This document shows positions 13,842-26,972 of a DNA stretch of 64,000 nt, one piece after another (within the stretch, counting starts at the first letter, position 1; the number at the start of each line of letters is the position of its first letter). The DNA comes from Saccostrea cucullata (lineage: Eukaryota): contig NW_026921048.1 in NCBI RefSeq assembly GCF_032062105.1, positions 62,001 through 126,000 of the forward strand, read 5' to 3'. The notes under the pieces are model-generated. The model saw nothing but the letters and a program-made list of their open reading frames with translations. It ran no database searches and was not told the origin of the DNA. The translations under genes were made by a program, and so were the position numbers.

Positions 13842-16800
13842 CTAGAATTTGATAATAAGAGGGATGATGAAAAAACACGTGTAGAACATGGAGCTTGTAG
13901 CTGTAGATGCTGCGTTTGTTTTGTCGGGATCGTCATCATATGTCCCGAAAAGACGCGCAGGTCCACCACTTCCGTCATAAATCTTGATAACCGGAACGTA
14001 AATAGTGCTTCCGCTTTCTGGAATGTTATCCAGATTGGCAACATTCTCAATCCCTACCACGTTATTTTTCCCCATGATCAAGTGACAGGGTAATGTTTTG
14101 GACTGTCCATAATCGGTAGAGGGCGTGTCCACTCCAATAGCGTTGACCTGTCGCTTGTTTATCAGCCACGTGACAGCTTCCTCGTGCCAGCTAGGAAAAT
14201 GAAATGTAGAAGAATCCAGAAGCTGCATGGTTCCCCATACCAGAGTATTGTTTAAGTACTTTTGAGTCCAACCCGAGTTCATTATAACTACGGAATGCCT
14301 GGGAATTTCTCCATATTTTTCTTCGTATTTCAAAAGATCATCTGTGGAAACTCTATAAAGACAGAAAATCATTTATTAAAAATCCTCCCTAGTTTCGGCG
14401 TATTGCAAAAAGCAATACTTACACGTTATGTAAAATTTTCAGTTTGTTTGAATTAGCCTACCAAATGTTACAACTATGCAATATTTGTGTACACTTTTCG
14501 TACTTGTAATTCTGACATGTTCAAGCATATTTAAAAATTCAACCTTTCTTACAATAAAAATGCTTTCTTTTGTGATCAGAACGGAAAATAAAGTTGCAGT
14601 CCTTGCTGGAAAAATACATAATCCACGTATGAGCAAGCTTAATGGTTTATGAAATTTAAAGATGTGGGTCGAGCAGCAAGGCATGTACAAGTAAAATCTA
14701 TGTTATCCCCTTGAGAAGGCATGTTATCCCCTTTGATTTGATTAAGGGTTCACCAAAAATAATGGTACTGACTACTGGTTAGTGGTTATATACCTGTAAT
14801 CTGGATTGCTCTCGACCTTGGCTTTAACATTTATTATAACTCCAGGTCCATATAATTTTTCAATCGGGATTTGATGCGTCCTCCAAGTGCCCTTGAACGT
14901 ATGAACTGGGGCGTCTACATGAGTGCCCATATGCTCTGGCATTGCGATGTGATTGTTTTCTAGCCTAAAAAATATATAAATAAAGACTTTTTGTACATAA
15001 TAATATTGTTATCCTTTCGTAAGAATGAATTTAATATTATAGAACTGAAAACTATGCCCGCATCATAATTTTATCATTACAGTCAATATAATTAATACCG
15101 GTGAAAATGTGAATGTGAGGTTTTAATATACACATTCTTATAAAACTGCTATAATCGTATGTAAACTCAATCATTTGTGTTTTTGAGGAAAACATTACTC
15201 GAGCCTTCGTGTCTTGATTTATTAATAAAAAACAAATCAAAGATCTTCCAGGAAAAAAAATATTGAAAATTCTTTAATTTATTGAGTTTTAAGGTTTCAT
15301 CAAAGGTCAACATGTCCAAAATTTTTTTTTACAATAGCTCCAAAACAATTTGAGGTTTTACCTTAAAACTTTTACAGTTTATAAATATATCATTGTTTTA
15401 CAGATAGAAAGTATCACTTAAAAACAAGTATTTAAAAAAATTATCGAGACAAAAATATCAAAAAATTCGCATATTTACATGCTTATCGATGAAGGGCAAG
15501 TTGGACGAGAATGGTCTCTGAAAGGATGTTATTGAAAGCGTGGCATGGCTGTATAAAGACAAGATCCCTTAAAATTCGCCATTTGCAATGTACTTTTGAT
15601 ATCAAATCTTAACATTTGGACAAAATACACGGGGAAAAACAACTTTCTAGAGGCTATCGAAGTCCTACTTGCCCTTCAAGTTATTAGTAAGCATATTATG
15701 TTTCTGCAATGAAAACTTTCACTAAAACTACGGAATTCATTAGGTGTATTTTTTTTTTAAATATAGGTTTTTTATTTAAAGAATTTTTCTTGATCAATAT
15801 TTTTTTAAGTATTTGTTATCCAGTGGCATTTTCTGTCTGTTAATCAATGATATATTTATTAAATGTAAAAGTTTCAACTTTAAAAACCGCATAGTTTTGG
15901 AGCTATTGTAAAAATGAATTTTTGGACAAGTTTATCTTTGGTGAACCTTTGAAGAAAGAAAGGAGAATCTCGAATGGTTACATGAAATGTAAATTTATTA
16001 TTGAATCGTGCAAAGTAAGATAATCTTTAATTAATTTTCAATATTTTCTATCCAGAGTTGTCGTTCCCGCTACGTTACCACACACAATTCTGTCGTTATA
16101 AATTCTTGAAAAATTCTTGGAAAATTTTTAATCGACGAAAAATGTTGTTTTTTTTGTTGTTTTTTTTAACGTTTTTAATCATATGATATTCCTTATCGGT
16201 TTATAGGATTTATAATCAATTATTTATCCTTATAAATTACTCTTCAAAATGGTTCCATTAAAAATTTATAATGAATAAATGAACAGCTTCTATCAGTACT
16301 GTCCATATCATATTAGATATTTGTCTAGTTCATTATAAATCACATGTAACTGTTAACATGTCCATGACGTTAATGTGTACAATTTTCAACTTTTCATTGC
16401 ACTGACATACAAAGTGTCGGGGGGCTTTAGTGAAATTAAAACAGTCTTAAAATCTCATTTGTACGACGGCGTATTCGTGCCATATTGACAATGTAGAGAA
16501 AATTTTTCAAAATCGTTTGTACGATTTTTAAAATCGTTTAAACGATTTAGAAAATCGTTCGAACGATTAAGAAAATCGTCTGTACGTTTTTTAAAAATCG
16601 TTTGAACGATTTAGAAAATTGTTTGAACGATTAAGAAAATTGTTTGAACGTTTTTTTAAAATCGTTTGAACGATTTCTTAAAATCGTTTGAACGATTTTT
16701 TAAACCGTTTGTACGATTTTTAAAAATCGTTTGTACAATTTTTTTGAAATCGTTTGTACGATTAAGAAAATGGTTTGTACGATTTAGAAAATCGTTTGTA

Positions 16801-19128
16801 CGATTGTTATTTCTTGTTATTACAAGTAGAAGAAGCGTAGTAGTAGAAAACCTTGCACAAGTAGGACAACGTATCCACGCATAGTTTTAATGAATGACAC
16901 GATGAAAAATTGATCAAGGGATATTTCAAGATGGGTTTCATTTTTTTGGAAATTGCACAGATCCTTTCGCAAACTCACCGAGTCTTTGTTATAGTGAACG
17001 AACATTGAAAAGGACAACAGCTAAGTTGGGACTGTTCAGATGTAAGAACAACTCCGACATATAGGGGATGTTGCCCTTTTCATTGAGGAAACAATTGAGT
17101 CATGTGGTCAATTGCATTGATACAGCTGGTTGTACTGGAAAGCTATTATGGCAGGAATTACGTTTCTAAAGAAGATATTCGATGTCTTCTTTCTATACAA
17201 GATCCAGAGGGAGAGTGTTTAAGTGAAAGAAACAGACTAAGACGAAGATTGTACACTAACAAAGGTCCAAATTACGTATGGCAGCGCACGAAGATGGATT
17301 ATACAATTATACAAGTGATCATAAAAACAATGTGAATGTAATTGTGATATGATGGTTTACTAATTATAAGATTACAACAATATTCATAGAGTTTAATTAG
17401 CAAGATACAATAAGTGTTTCTGTACCTGTGTTAGTCAGCGGCGAAGGGATTTCTTTATACAATATCTTTACCAGGTTTCTTATTCAGTACGCTTCTCTTC
17501 CGAATTAGAAGAAGAAAATAATCGTACAAACGATTTACTAAATCGTACAAACGATTTAACAAATCGTACAAACGACTTAACAAATCGTACAAACGATTTA
17601 ACAAATCGTTCAAACGTGGTTTTTTTTTTATTTTCTCTACATTGTCAATATGGCACGAATACGCCGTCGTACTTTTGCCCTCATATAGGAGATAGAAAGC
17701 TTAAAATCGCATTTACACTCTGATTCATACATGTAGGCTATATAACACTTTGTGTGAATCTACTAGCAAAAAAAAAAATCAAAGAATAATTTTTTTGCTG
17801 TTTTGACAACTGCCATATATATATTTGTTTGTTTCCAAGAATTTGTGATTATATACACCTTGATAATTGACACTGAATTAAATTGAGAGGTAAATTTGTA
17901 TCATGGAAATTTGAACTTATTTATTTTGGTTTAGAATTGTGAACAATGGTAAACTCAGAGACCAGGAATCTGACCGTAACACAATTGTTGAAGTGATCTT
18001 GTTATTATCGAGGTACTTATAAAAGTCCGTCATCCGGAGAAATGTCGGTCTCAAATCTAGGGCAGCTGGTCAGTCTGACACGAACGCCTGTTTGTAAATC
18101 TTGATGTTAGAAAAAATGTATAAATGTTATCAAACAAGTAATTTACACGGCACACAGATTAACCCCATTGCCCCCCCCCCCCCTTTCGCCCCTCAAAAAA
18201 GAGAAAGAAAATGAAAAGAACATTTTTAGATCAGTCTATTATAACATGTATAATATTTAAAATTAGCAATATTATTTCTGTTCACATATACGTAGTAATA
18301 AAACAAAAAAATGAAATTTTACGTGCCGTATTTGCTATAAAAAATAATTTGATGCTGGAATGGGGGACAATGACAAATGAATGTAATAATTTATGCTACA
18401 TTGAAGAAATGCAGCTTCAATCATTTTTCGTACAAATATAAAATAAATAGGGTTTGTTAATTAAGCGTTATCAATTTCTCAATCATAAAGTACATGAAAC
18501 CTTTAGAAAAAATGAAACAGCAATAAGAGTTTTTCTTTATAGTGTTCCTATGACGGATCTTTATAGTCGCTGCCCTATAAATCAATTTTTCAGAATATTT
18601 TACGTAACTTTTAAAAACTAATATACAATTTGTTCTGTGTACCAACTGTGTACGGTTCATTCGAATTTTTAGTAACTTCTAAAATGGTTCATACACCTGT
18701 CTTGAAATTTATTCGGGAATGTCCCGGATTGAGAAAAACCCATCTGATTTATAATGTAATTTGATCATTTACAGCTTTGTAGTTGCAACTTTGGAGACAA
18801 TTATTTCAGGTCTTCTTCTTAGAACATTTTCATGCAGGGTTGGCACTACCGGGGAAGAATTTTTTAGGGGCATGTCTAAAGAGTAATTTCACATAAATCA
18901 GCAGAGCTATTTCATATAACCCCCCCCCCGGACCTGGGTTGCGTCTTACCAGATATTGAAGGGTGCATAGAATCCCCGATGAAGTTTGGTAAAATTATAC
19001 GGCGGGTTGACTGGCCAGCTGACGGCGTTATCGTCTTGTTGATGAGACAAGTCCACGATTCTGGGAGCCGAGTACATTGGACGAACCGCCGTAAGGAGGA
19101 GAACACTGAAATATAGAACTGTATCCAT
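13842..19128 (-). CDS. Cyclase-family metallo-amidohydrolase (isatin hydrolase/KynB-type kynurenine formamidase-like), 286 aa, signal peptide and GPI-like tail
   Basis: Exons 19128-18950, 14964-14794 and 14352-13842 with GT-AG junctions that keep frame (861 nt). Motifs: IVDLSH, EHMGTHVDAPVH (HxGTHxDxPxH), GVDTPSTD, GIENVANL, GSGGPAR. Hydrophobic N-terminus and C-terminus (TNAASTATSSMFYTCFFIIPLIIKF). Confidence 0.92.
15293..15947. mobile_element. Fold-back MITE (Kolobok-like ends) in cyclase intron 1
   Basis: ttaa|ggtttcatcaaaggtcaacatgtccaaaa..tacaatagctccaaaac mirrored by gttttggagctattgta..ttttggacaagtttatctttggtgaacc. Long imperfect inverted arms; the right TSD is decayed. Confidence 0.65.
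16462..17671 (+). mobile_element. Internally deleted IS3EU-type DNA transposon in cyclase intron 1
   Basis: ~41-bp perfect TIRs (tacgacggcgtattcgtgccatattgacaatgtagagaaaa), near-TSD catttg/cttttg, and subterminal ~21-22 bp aaatcgtttgtacgattt arrays. A decayed transposase remnant at ~17020-17285 (GQLH*YSW..VSKEDIRCLLSIQDPEG..RLRRRLYTNKGPNYVW) matches the IS3EU integrase-like N-terminal motif as I recall it. Confidence 0.8.
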
Positions 19129-19259
19129 TTTGTCCAAAGGTAGCTGTTGACACTGACAAGGGCTTCGCTCTGTTTAACAATGAATGTATTTATCCCCCTA
19201 GGCAACAACAGAAACTAAATGACATTCATTCTATATTCCTTCACTCTATCTTTATTTAA

Positions 19260-19877
19260 GGACAGATGATACAAACAAATTTTTTCTTTGAAAAAGATTT
19301 AATATCATGTCACAAGTTTAGAAAAGTGGATGGTTCTTAGAATTTTTTCTCCGAAGAACTGGAAAATGAAATAGATTTGGAAAATATTAGTAATATTTCA
19401 ATGAAAAAACGAATATAGACAAATCACATTCAGTAAAGGTTTACAGGTAAAAATAAATTTCAGAATATGTTATCCTGGCGTTAAAAGTGTAATATGAACC
19501 TTAGAAAAATATACCAAGCCAGGTGAATTTTAAGAGGAAGATCGAAATTACAAAAAATTGGCAATATCACATAGGCTGATTTTTACCATTTAGCTTTTCC
19601 TAATAAAATTCACCTGGCTCGGTATATTTTTCTTAAGTTTATATTACACTTTTAGCGCCAAGATAACATATTCTGAAATTTATTTTCACCTGTAAACCTT
19701 TACTGAATGTGATTTGTCTATATTTGTGTTTTCATTGAAATATTACTAATATTTTCCGAGTCTTTTTCATAATCCAGTTCTTCGGAGAAAAAAAATCTCA
19801 GAACCATCCACTTTTCTAAACTTGTGACATGATATTTAATCTTTTTCAAAGAAAAAATTTGTTTGTATCATCTGTCC
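19260..19877. mobile_element. Palindromic fold-back element, Kolobok-like (TTAA TSD)
   Basis: ttaa|ggacagatgatacaaacaaat ... atttgtttgtatcatctgtcc|ttaa, with ~270-bp near-perfect inverted arms around a ~70-bp spacer. Confidence 0.9.
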
Positions 19878-19881
19878 TTAA

Positions 19882-20797
19882 GGTAGGATTCTTCTCTGGT
19901 TTCTGACTAGATGGAATATTCAAAGTGCATTTGTTGATATGTTTTATATATTTAGATGAAAGAGATTTAAAAGACCATATTTTTCTCTCCTTATCACAGT
20001 TAAACAACTTTAAATAAAAATGGTAAACTGTGTTTGAAAACCAGCAGGGACTATATTTTTGGCGGAATGGTGGCGTATGAAAATATCTTCTTTTCTGCCT
20101 CTCAAAATCATTATAGAACATTGAATTTAGTTATAATTTTTACGCAATCAAAGACTAGACGAAATTTTCAATTGTTAGTTAAATTAATAATAAGGGACTA
20201 AAGTTTCAAAATATATCAAATAAATAAGATTTTTCACACATACTAGAACTATGCTGGCTTTTAAATGCTTCAATTCTAAGTACAGATCTGAGCCAAAAAT
20301 CCGTAGAAAGTGTTATTTCTCTCTCAGTAAACGATCAAAACTTTTAGTTTTTGTATCATTTTCTATCTTTATGTGACAACTTCACTATATGTGAAAATTG
20401 GAAAAAGCTGAATATAGATAACACATAAAAATAACTTATAAATCCTGAAAATTTAAGAAAAGTAGAGGAAATTCGGATTAGCATATATCCATTTTATTTA
20501 AATTATCCATGTCAATTTGGTAATATCATCTTATAGGCCCTATATGGCAGTATCTTTTTATGCAAAAAGAAAAAACATTCAATATTTTGAATTACAAGTA
20601 GGGGTCGCATGCTTGGAAACAGTATTTTTTTATTCTTAATGTACAGGAAAAAGGTAATGACCTTGACCTGACCTTGCCTCTAATATTAAACGGTCAAATT
20701 GAATATCACTGATACCATCACTTAGTGATATTGTCCTCTTGATTCTGTGAAAATTTCATTAATTTTTAAATACAAGAAATGTGAGAAGAATCCTACC
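19882..20797. mobile_element. Kolobok-like non-autonomous element sharing a TTAA with the preceding element
   Basis: ttaa|ggtaggattcttctc ... gagaagaatcctacc|ttaa: 15-bp TIRs. Confidence 0.8.
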
Positions 20798-20850
20798 TTA
20801 ATTCCGAAGGCAGTTGCATGATTAAAGATTGCAAATTCATTCATTCTGAA

Positions 20851-21738
20851 AACTAGAGGTACTGTGTGCACTGAGCTCACTATATTATACCCCCTCGTCC
20901 CATACGATTATAATGGTAAAGTCTATATGTTTTGTCTGGGAGACCCAGAATAAGTGTCAGATCAAGAAGTAAAGTAGGAGCCACACAATGTCTGTAATAA
21001 TGAATACTTAAGAAATGAATTTAATTTTTGAAGATTCATGAGGTTATGAACTACGACGCTTCACGCCGGCATATTTCATGAAGCGCATTAGCGCTTCATG
21101 ATAAATAAGCCGGCGTTAAGCGTTGTAGTTCATATACCTCATGAATCTTCAAAAATTAAGCTCATTTCTTATATTAATTTTACATTATTTTCTGATGACT
21201 TGCCATAAACTTACGCCATTCAACTGTCATTTTTAAAGCAAAACAGTGTGCACTATATTTTTTGACGTCAAATGTGGTATTATGATGTAACAATGGAGTT
21301 ATTTATGCTTTTTCTTGGTACTCCATGAGAAAATGAACTGTATTTTATTTTAATTGTAAAGAATCGTAGGGGAAATTTATTGGAAATGTAAATATATGTA
21401 ATTGAAAGTACCATTAAACTGTACTTAGTGGTATAGGAGGAGTTGCAGATAAGAGATGGGTATTCTCCAATATTATAGAAAAAATGGCAGTCTCCAAGTT
21501 TTGCCATGGAAACACGTTAACCGATGTAAGTTTCAGATCAAAAAGTAAAATAGGAGGTGCACATAGGTACTATGTAACACAGATTATGTGAAAGTCTAAT
21601 TAAACATCCAATGGTATAAGAGTAGTCGCGGATGAGAGAAGGGTACCCAAAGCGTAACAGACGGATCGACGGACGAACAGACGGATTCAGCCATCACGTA
21701 CTTTACATCCTCTTGCTTTTCAAGCGGGGGTTTAAAAA
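20851..21738. mobile_element. HINE-type element interrupted by a palindromic insertion
   Basis: Begins aactagag..tataccccc and ends with a (GACG)n tract and gcgggggtttaaaaa. The repeat unit tcagatcaa.aagtaaa.taggag occurs at ~20957 and ~21533, on either side of the insertion. Confidence 0.55.
21009..21171. repeat. 163-bp near-perfect palindrome (hairpin), probably part of a non-autonomous element
   Basis: taagaaatga..tttttgaagattcatgagg..atgaactac..cgccggc..tcatgaagcgc/atta/gcgcttcatga..gccggcg..gtagttcat..cctcatgaatcttcaaaaa..tcatttctta. Confidence 0.85.
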
Positions 21739-21811
21739 TGGAATTAAACAGAAATATCAAAAGCATAGTTGGACAGATCGAGATCCAAAATACAACGTAT
21801 CACTATGCAAT

Positions 21812-22369
21812 TACGACGGCGTAATAGTGCCATTTTAACAATGTAGAAATTTTTTTTTAAATCGTTTGAACGATTTAGTAAATCGTTTGTACGATTTAGT
21901 ATATCGTGTGTACGATTTAATAAATCGTTTGTACAATTTAGTAAATCGTTTGTACGATTTAATAAATCGTTTGTACAATTTAATAAATCGTTTGTACAAT
22001 TTGTTTGTTAAATCGTTTGTACAATTTATTAAATCTTTTATACAATTTATTAAATCGTTTGTACGATTTAATAAATCGTTTGTACAATTTAGTAAATCGT
22101 TTGTACAATTTAATAAATCGTTTGTACAATTTGTTTGTTAAATCGTTCGTACAATTTATTAAATGTTTGTACAATTTAACAGAAATATCAAAAGCATAGA
22201 TTTAATAAATCGTTTGTACGATTTAAGTTTGTACAATTTAGTAAATCGTTTGTACAATTTACTAAATCGTTTTTACTATTTATTAAATCGTTTTTACTAT
22301 TTATTAAATCGTACAAACGATTTTAAAAAAAATTCTACATTGTTAAAATGGCACTAATACGCCGTCGTA
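21812..22369. mobile_element. IS3EU-family MITE filled with a 21-bp tandem repeat
   Basis: TIRs tacgacggcgtaatagtgccattttaacaatgtagaa / ttctacattgttaaaatggcactaatacgccgtcgta, flanked by an atgcaat direct repeat. Interior is aaatcgtttgtacaattta-type units. Confidence 0.85.
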
Positions 22370-23558
22370 ATGCAATATAGCAGTTAGCTGCAGATTTATT
22401 GCGCACAAAAAAGTGCGCTGTTTCTCTATTTATTTCTCCGTGCTTTTTAACCACCATCTCAAAATATTACTAAACGTATGTTCTAACCTATTCTTTTACT
22501 ATTTCTACAACAAAACATTCCTTATAACTGTACTTATAAATAGCCCTCTTGGGCCTGAAATGCAAAAACATCGGAATTTTTGCAATGTTCATTGCCATTT
22601 TGGACGACAAGATTATTCGGCCAAACTCACATCTTGCAGATATAAAATATGAGAGTATATAATTGATAGGAGTCGAAGAAATGAATTGAGCTTTTGTACA
22701 GTTGAGAAAATAATAATAGAAACGATATGAAATAAATTTTTTATCCAATCAAATACAGCGTTACAAACAAAATTAAATTATAATTGATAGGAGTCGAAGA
22801 AATGAATCGAGCTTTTGTACAGTTGAGAAAATAATAGAAAGTAATTAAAAAAAAAAACAAAAAACAAAAAAACGAGCGCAACTCTTTGTGCCAAATGAGT
22901 ATAATTTCTTCTATGGATGGCATTGTAGCTCTCTTGTCATTGATCCAATTTTTTTTTCAGACCAGCGAGGAACAGATCTGCAGGTATAAATGTACATGTA
23001 CAAATATGTACGTGTACCAGTTGGTGGACACTAAAATTTAACAGATATATCGCCTTTTGATGCATCTTATAATATTGTAAACAAGTTTGTCGCACTTCTA
23101 AGGCTATATATAGTGATGTTAATTTTTAATGTGCATCAAGAAGTACATTTACCACTGTATTGCATGATTTAAAACCTACGTGAAATCTTTGCAGTTCTAT
23201 TAACAACTTCATCAACTTTGTGAACTAACTTCAGAGTTCTGTGGGCGGCGGAAAGGATAACGACATTTCCAAGAAATAAAAAAAATAACGAAAAACATAA
23301 TGAAATACAAGACAGACAGCTCAAAATAAATTGAAAAGATAAAAAAAACACAACAACCCAAAATTGAAGAGAATAGATGACGAGCAAAATACAGTCGTTA
23401 TTTAACGCTAGTTGGCACGCGTCTTTAATTTATGTAATTTTATATATTTACATTTCCAATAAATTTCCCCTATGATTCTTTACAAAATAAAATGCAGTAT
23501 ATTTTCTCATGCACTACATTAGGTATGTATCACGAATATAAGCATGAATATCTCCATT

Positions 23559-23744
23559 GTAATTGTTTAACGTCCCTCTCGAGAATTTTTCACTCATATA
23601 GAGATGCCACCATTTGCCGGTGGAAAACTGCAAATTTTGCCTTATACTCGTCACTTAGGGCCATTGAGCAGGGAGGGATCTTTTTCGTGCCAGCACCTAC
23701 AGCGACACGGGACCTCGGTTTATACGGTCTCATCCGAAGGACCG
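23559..23744 (-). mobile_element. 5'-truncated tRNA-SINE copy
   Basis: Reverse complement matches the 3' two-thirds of the SINE at 51335-51630. Confidence 0.85.
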
Positions 23745-23811
23745 CAAAAAAAGATAATTATAATACATGCAAATAATTCATTAAGTAAATCGTCTACAAT
23801 ACAGTATGCAA

Positions 23812-24643
23812 TTACTTCATATATTTAATTTGTTTGACATTTCCAGAGAAAAATTCAGCAACGAAAATGTTATCACTTTTGTCTATGCACAAACCATATG
23901 GAAATTCCAAATCAGAGTTATCTATGAAACGAAGGAACTGTCCATCCATGTCTAGGATGTGGATATAATTATGATCACGGTCTGATATAAGTACATGTAT
24001 CTAACACTGACTGTCTGTTGCGATACCGGATGGCCAAAAATGGCTTTTTCAGAGAAGAAGAAAAGTGACCAGTGTATCTGAACCTGAGTTCACCACACTG
24101 ATTGACCACCACTACGGCACCAGCGTCAAGATCAGACACACAGATATCCAGGTTTGTTTTCACTGTCTTTTTAAGAAAACTTTTAATGTTAAAACATTTA
24201 ATTAAACCATTACATGCTGGACTTGTCCAAATTTCCCTTTCATTAATGAAGGCAACACAGCAGAGGAAGTTATCAATGACATACCCAGTATTTATTTAAT
24301 TGACAAGTTTCGGCCTTTTCATTAGCTTCTTGCAATTGGTTTCCGTTTCCGATTTCTTCAATTTGGAGCCCCGTTCTTCTTTTCTGATAGACATGGGTGT
24401 TAGAGTTCCAAATAATTTGTAAACCTCTTCCCAGACCCTGTTTACATTTTGAGTACTAAATTTTGGTATTGATACAAGTACATCACCCAGTGGTGGAAGG
24501 TTTCTGAATTCGTCTATTTTGGACACGTATTCCAAAGTCAGGGTCACTTCATTTGATTTCTCAATTTTCTTCATTGTAAGCAGTGTTTGATCAATGTCAA
24601 ACTGTATCTGTTCCATTTCACTTAAGTTCTCCTTAATACACAC
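23812..24643 (-). pseudogene. TRIM-like (coiled-coil + NHL/beta-propeller) gene fragment, probably a pseudogene
   Basis: A coiled-coil segment (24296-24643 ORF) followed by NHL-type pieces [29 protein letters not shown] and [48 protein letters not shown]. The pieces are broken by frameshifts, stops and an apparent internal deletion. Confidence 0.75.
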
Positions 24644-25450
24644 AAAAGGAAAGAAGTAAAGCTAAAACAAGGTATAATTTAAACACATATATTTGTAAGT
24701 ACAGGTACATGTACATGTAACTAAAAGAACCTATGACCTTTAAATTTGCCTTTAATTAATTCTAAACTGCATGAAAACTTGACTGGTATATACCCTAAAG
24801 GCTGCCCCATTTAGACACTTTCCATTACTGGAAATCTTGGCTACAGTGTAATCACTTCCCTCTTTCCATCATCACCATTCTGGGGGGGGGGTGAATAATG
24901 AATTTCCCGTGCCCTTGAAATATGGCGTAAATGTGAACTGACAACAGGTCTAATTAATATATAGATAAAAGGAGAAAGCTTCAGGATTTATCACAATGGA
25001 CTTATAGTTTTTTGGCTTTTAAAACATAATTGTGATTCATGCCGTTTTTCTTTGCGTCTAAAAATTGCGTCAGCTAATTTCAGCGATCTTTTAAATTTTC
25101 TATTTTTTTTCATTAAAAATGGGTTCATTCAGATTCCAGACAAACATACTGTAATAAACAAATTACACCATCCTGAAACCAAGAGCATTTGCCCCGAATT
25201 AAAATCGGGCTCGAGATTATCTGAAAAAGAACACTTCCGGATCAACAAGGGAAGGGAAAAATGAATGAACTTTCTAAGTTTCTTTAAAAACTGTGAAAAG
25301 GTGAGGATTATCATGTAATTTATAGAATTGATTTCAGCCAATTGTTAAAAAACCCTTCTCATTTTTTGTTTTGTAATCGAGATGAATACTGCAAATGGAA
25401 GGAACACGTTTTTTTTTTATTTAGGATCTAGGCCCATCACTTGCATCAGT

Positions 25451-25737
25451 AATATGCCCCTTCACGATAACTGTGGTGTCACTCTTTTACGAGGCAGACT
25501 AATAACGTTTGGCGAAGTTTTTGTTGATAGATAATTAAATGACGTCTACATCTACATAGTAGTGTTCCCTCAACCCTTATAACTATACGCTTGCGCTGCG
25601 CAAACGGACCACTAAATATTTATCACAATGAAGTATATTATACGTATATAAAACAATAGCTTTTATGTTATATTTTGTCAAAATGTATCATTTTACCCTG
25701 CAAGAGTAGTACCACAGTTATAGTGAAAGGGTCTATT
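25451..25737. mobile_element. Short TIR element (MITE)
   Basis: aatatgccccttcacgataactgtggt versus accacagttatagtgaaaggggtctatt: imperfect ~28-bp TIRs. Confidence 0.55.
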
Positions 25738-26972
25738 GGTAAATTGGCACTAATACAAAAACTGGAAATTCAACCCACTCAACCTGGGACGGCATCCTTA
25801 GGTTGATTTTCAATACTTGCGAAGCCAATTTAATAGCAAACTCACAACTTATCAATAGTATAATTCTTTTTAGTACTGTTCAAAACCGTTTTTTAGGTTC
25901 ATTTGTAAAATATGCAATCTTTTAAAAACATTTTATCAGACTGACAAGATATGTTTTTGTTTACATTTTAAAATCTTGCAAGTCCTGTATCGAAATGCTG
26001 ACTGGTATTTTCTTTTCAATGATATTGGTAAACACTAGAATCATTGCACTATTTATGAATTGTGAGTTTGACATTTAATTTGCTTCACAAGTATAAAAAA
26101 TCAAGAAATTCTCAAATCGGCATTTAAATCAAATTGTAAGTATAAAAAAAATCCTCTGGTTGGGAATATTGAAATTTCCAGTTTTCATTAAGGCTCCATT
26201 TTGGAAGTTTTCCTGACACAAAAAATATCAAAATTGAAAAAAAAACCTCGAAATCGCCAGACGTTTAGGACTAGTGCCCATCAGGTCATGAAAAGTTTTG
26301 ATGGCATATGTTCTATATAAAATCTTTTTTTCATTTTATGTTGCAGTAAGGAAGACAAACCTAAATTGGAGTATGCAATCCAAACCAAAAAAGACCAGCA
26401 CTATGTCGGAATGAAATGGATTAAATGCTAAACATTTTCTTAGTGTGACTTAAGAGTCCATGAGAAGTTTGCTCATGGTCATGTTGGAATTTCTGGAGAA
26501 GAAATTAAATGTAGAAGGACAAAGGTATGGCTTAACCTTCTAATCCTGGTTACAAGAATATGTTCTCTGTACATATGAATTTATGATATTAAAATGGTGG
26601 ATCAATTACCATAGCTTTGAATTTATATCTAAATGATTCCTCCCACTCAAACATTTATGACACATCACAAAAAAATCTATAACTGACCAGCTAAGCATCA
26701 ACATGATCAAAGTAGAAAATGTTTTCTAAAGAATGCAACAGGGTTCATCTAAAGAAGGAGTAAAAAGAAAAAAAAGTTCATTTATTCATGGGTATTTTTA
26801 TACTTTGACATATCTCGCTTCAGTCCCAAATGAATACAATTTTTACCTCCATCATTGGAAAACTTCAATCTCAAAACTCTCATATTGTGGTAAAGAATGT
26901 ACACAGAGTTTAATCAATGTGCCAAAATCTTTTATCTTTCAGCTTGGAAGTGATTGGTCAAAGTTTTAACCA

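Noticed and set aside
13842-19128. Bacterial contamination or recent horizontal transfer of a kynB-like gene
   Set aside because: Has GT-AG introns filled with host repeats and a tandem paralogue; an ancient transfer cannot be judged without phylogeny.
21866-22357. LVNRLYN repeat ORFs and CRISPR-like periodicity (also 16500-16884)
   Set aside because: Head-to-tail 21-22 bp units with no unique spacers, inside IS3EU TIRs; eukaryotic DNA with no cas genes.
22655-22835. Short direct duplications (also ~37884-37948, 4366-4420 vs 4820-4875, 56399-56424)
   Set aside because: Ordinary local tandem duplications with no sign of function.
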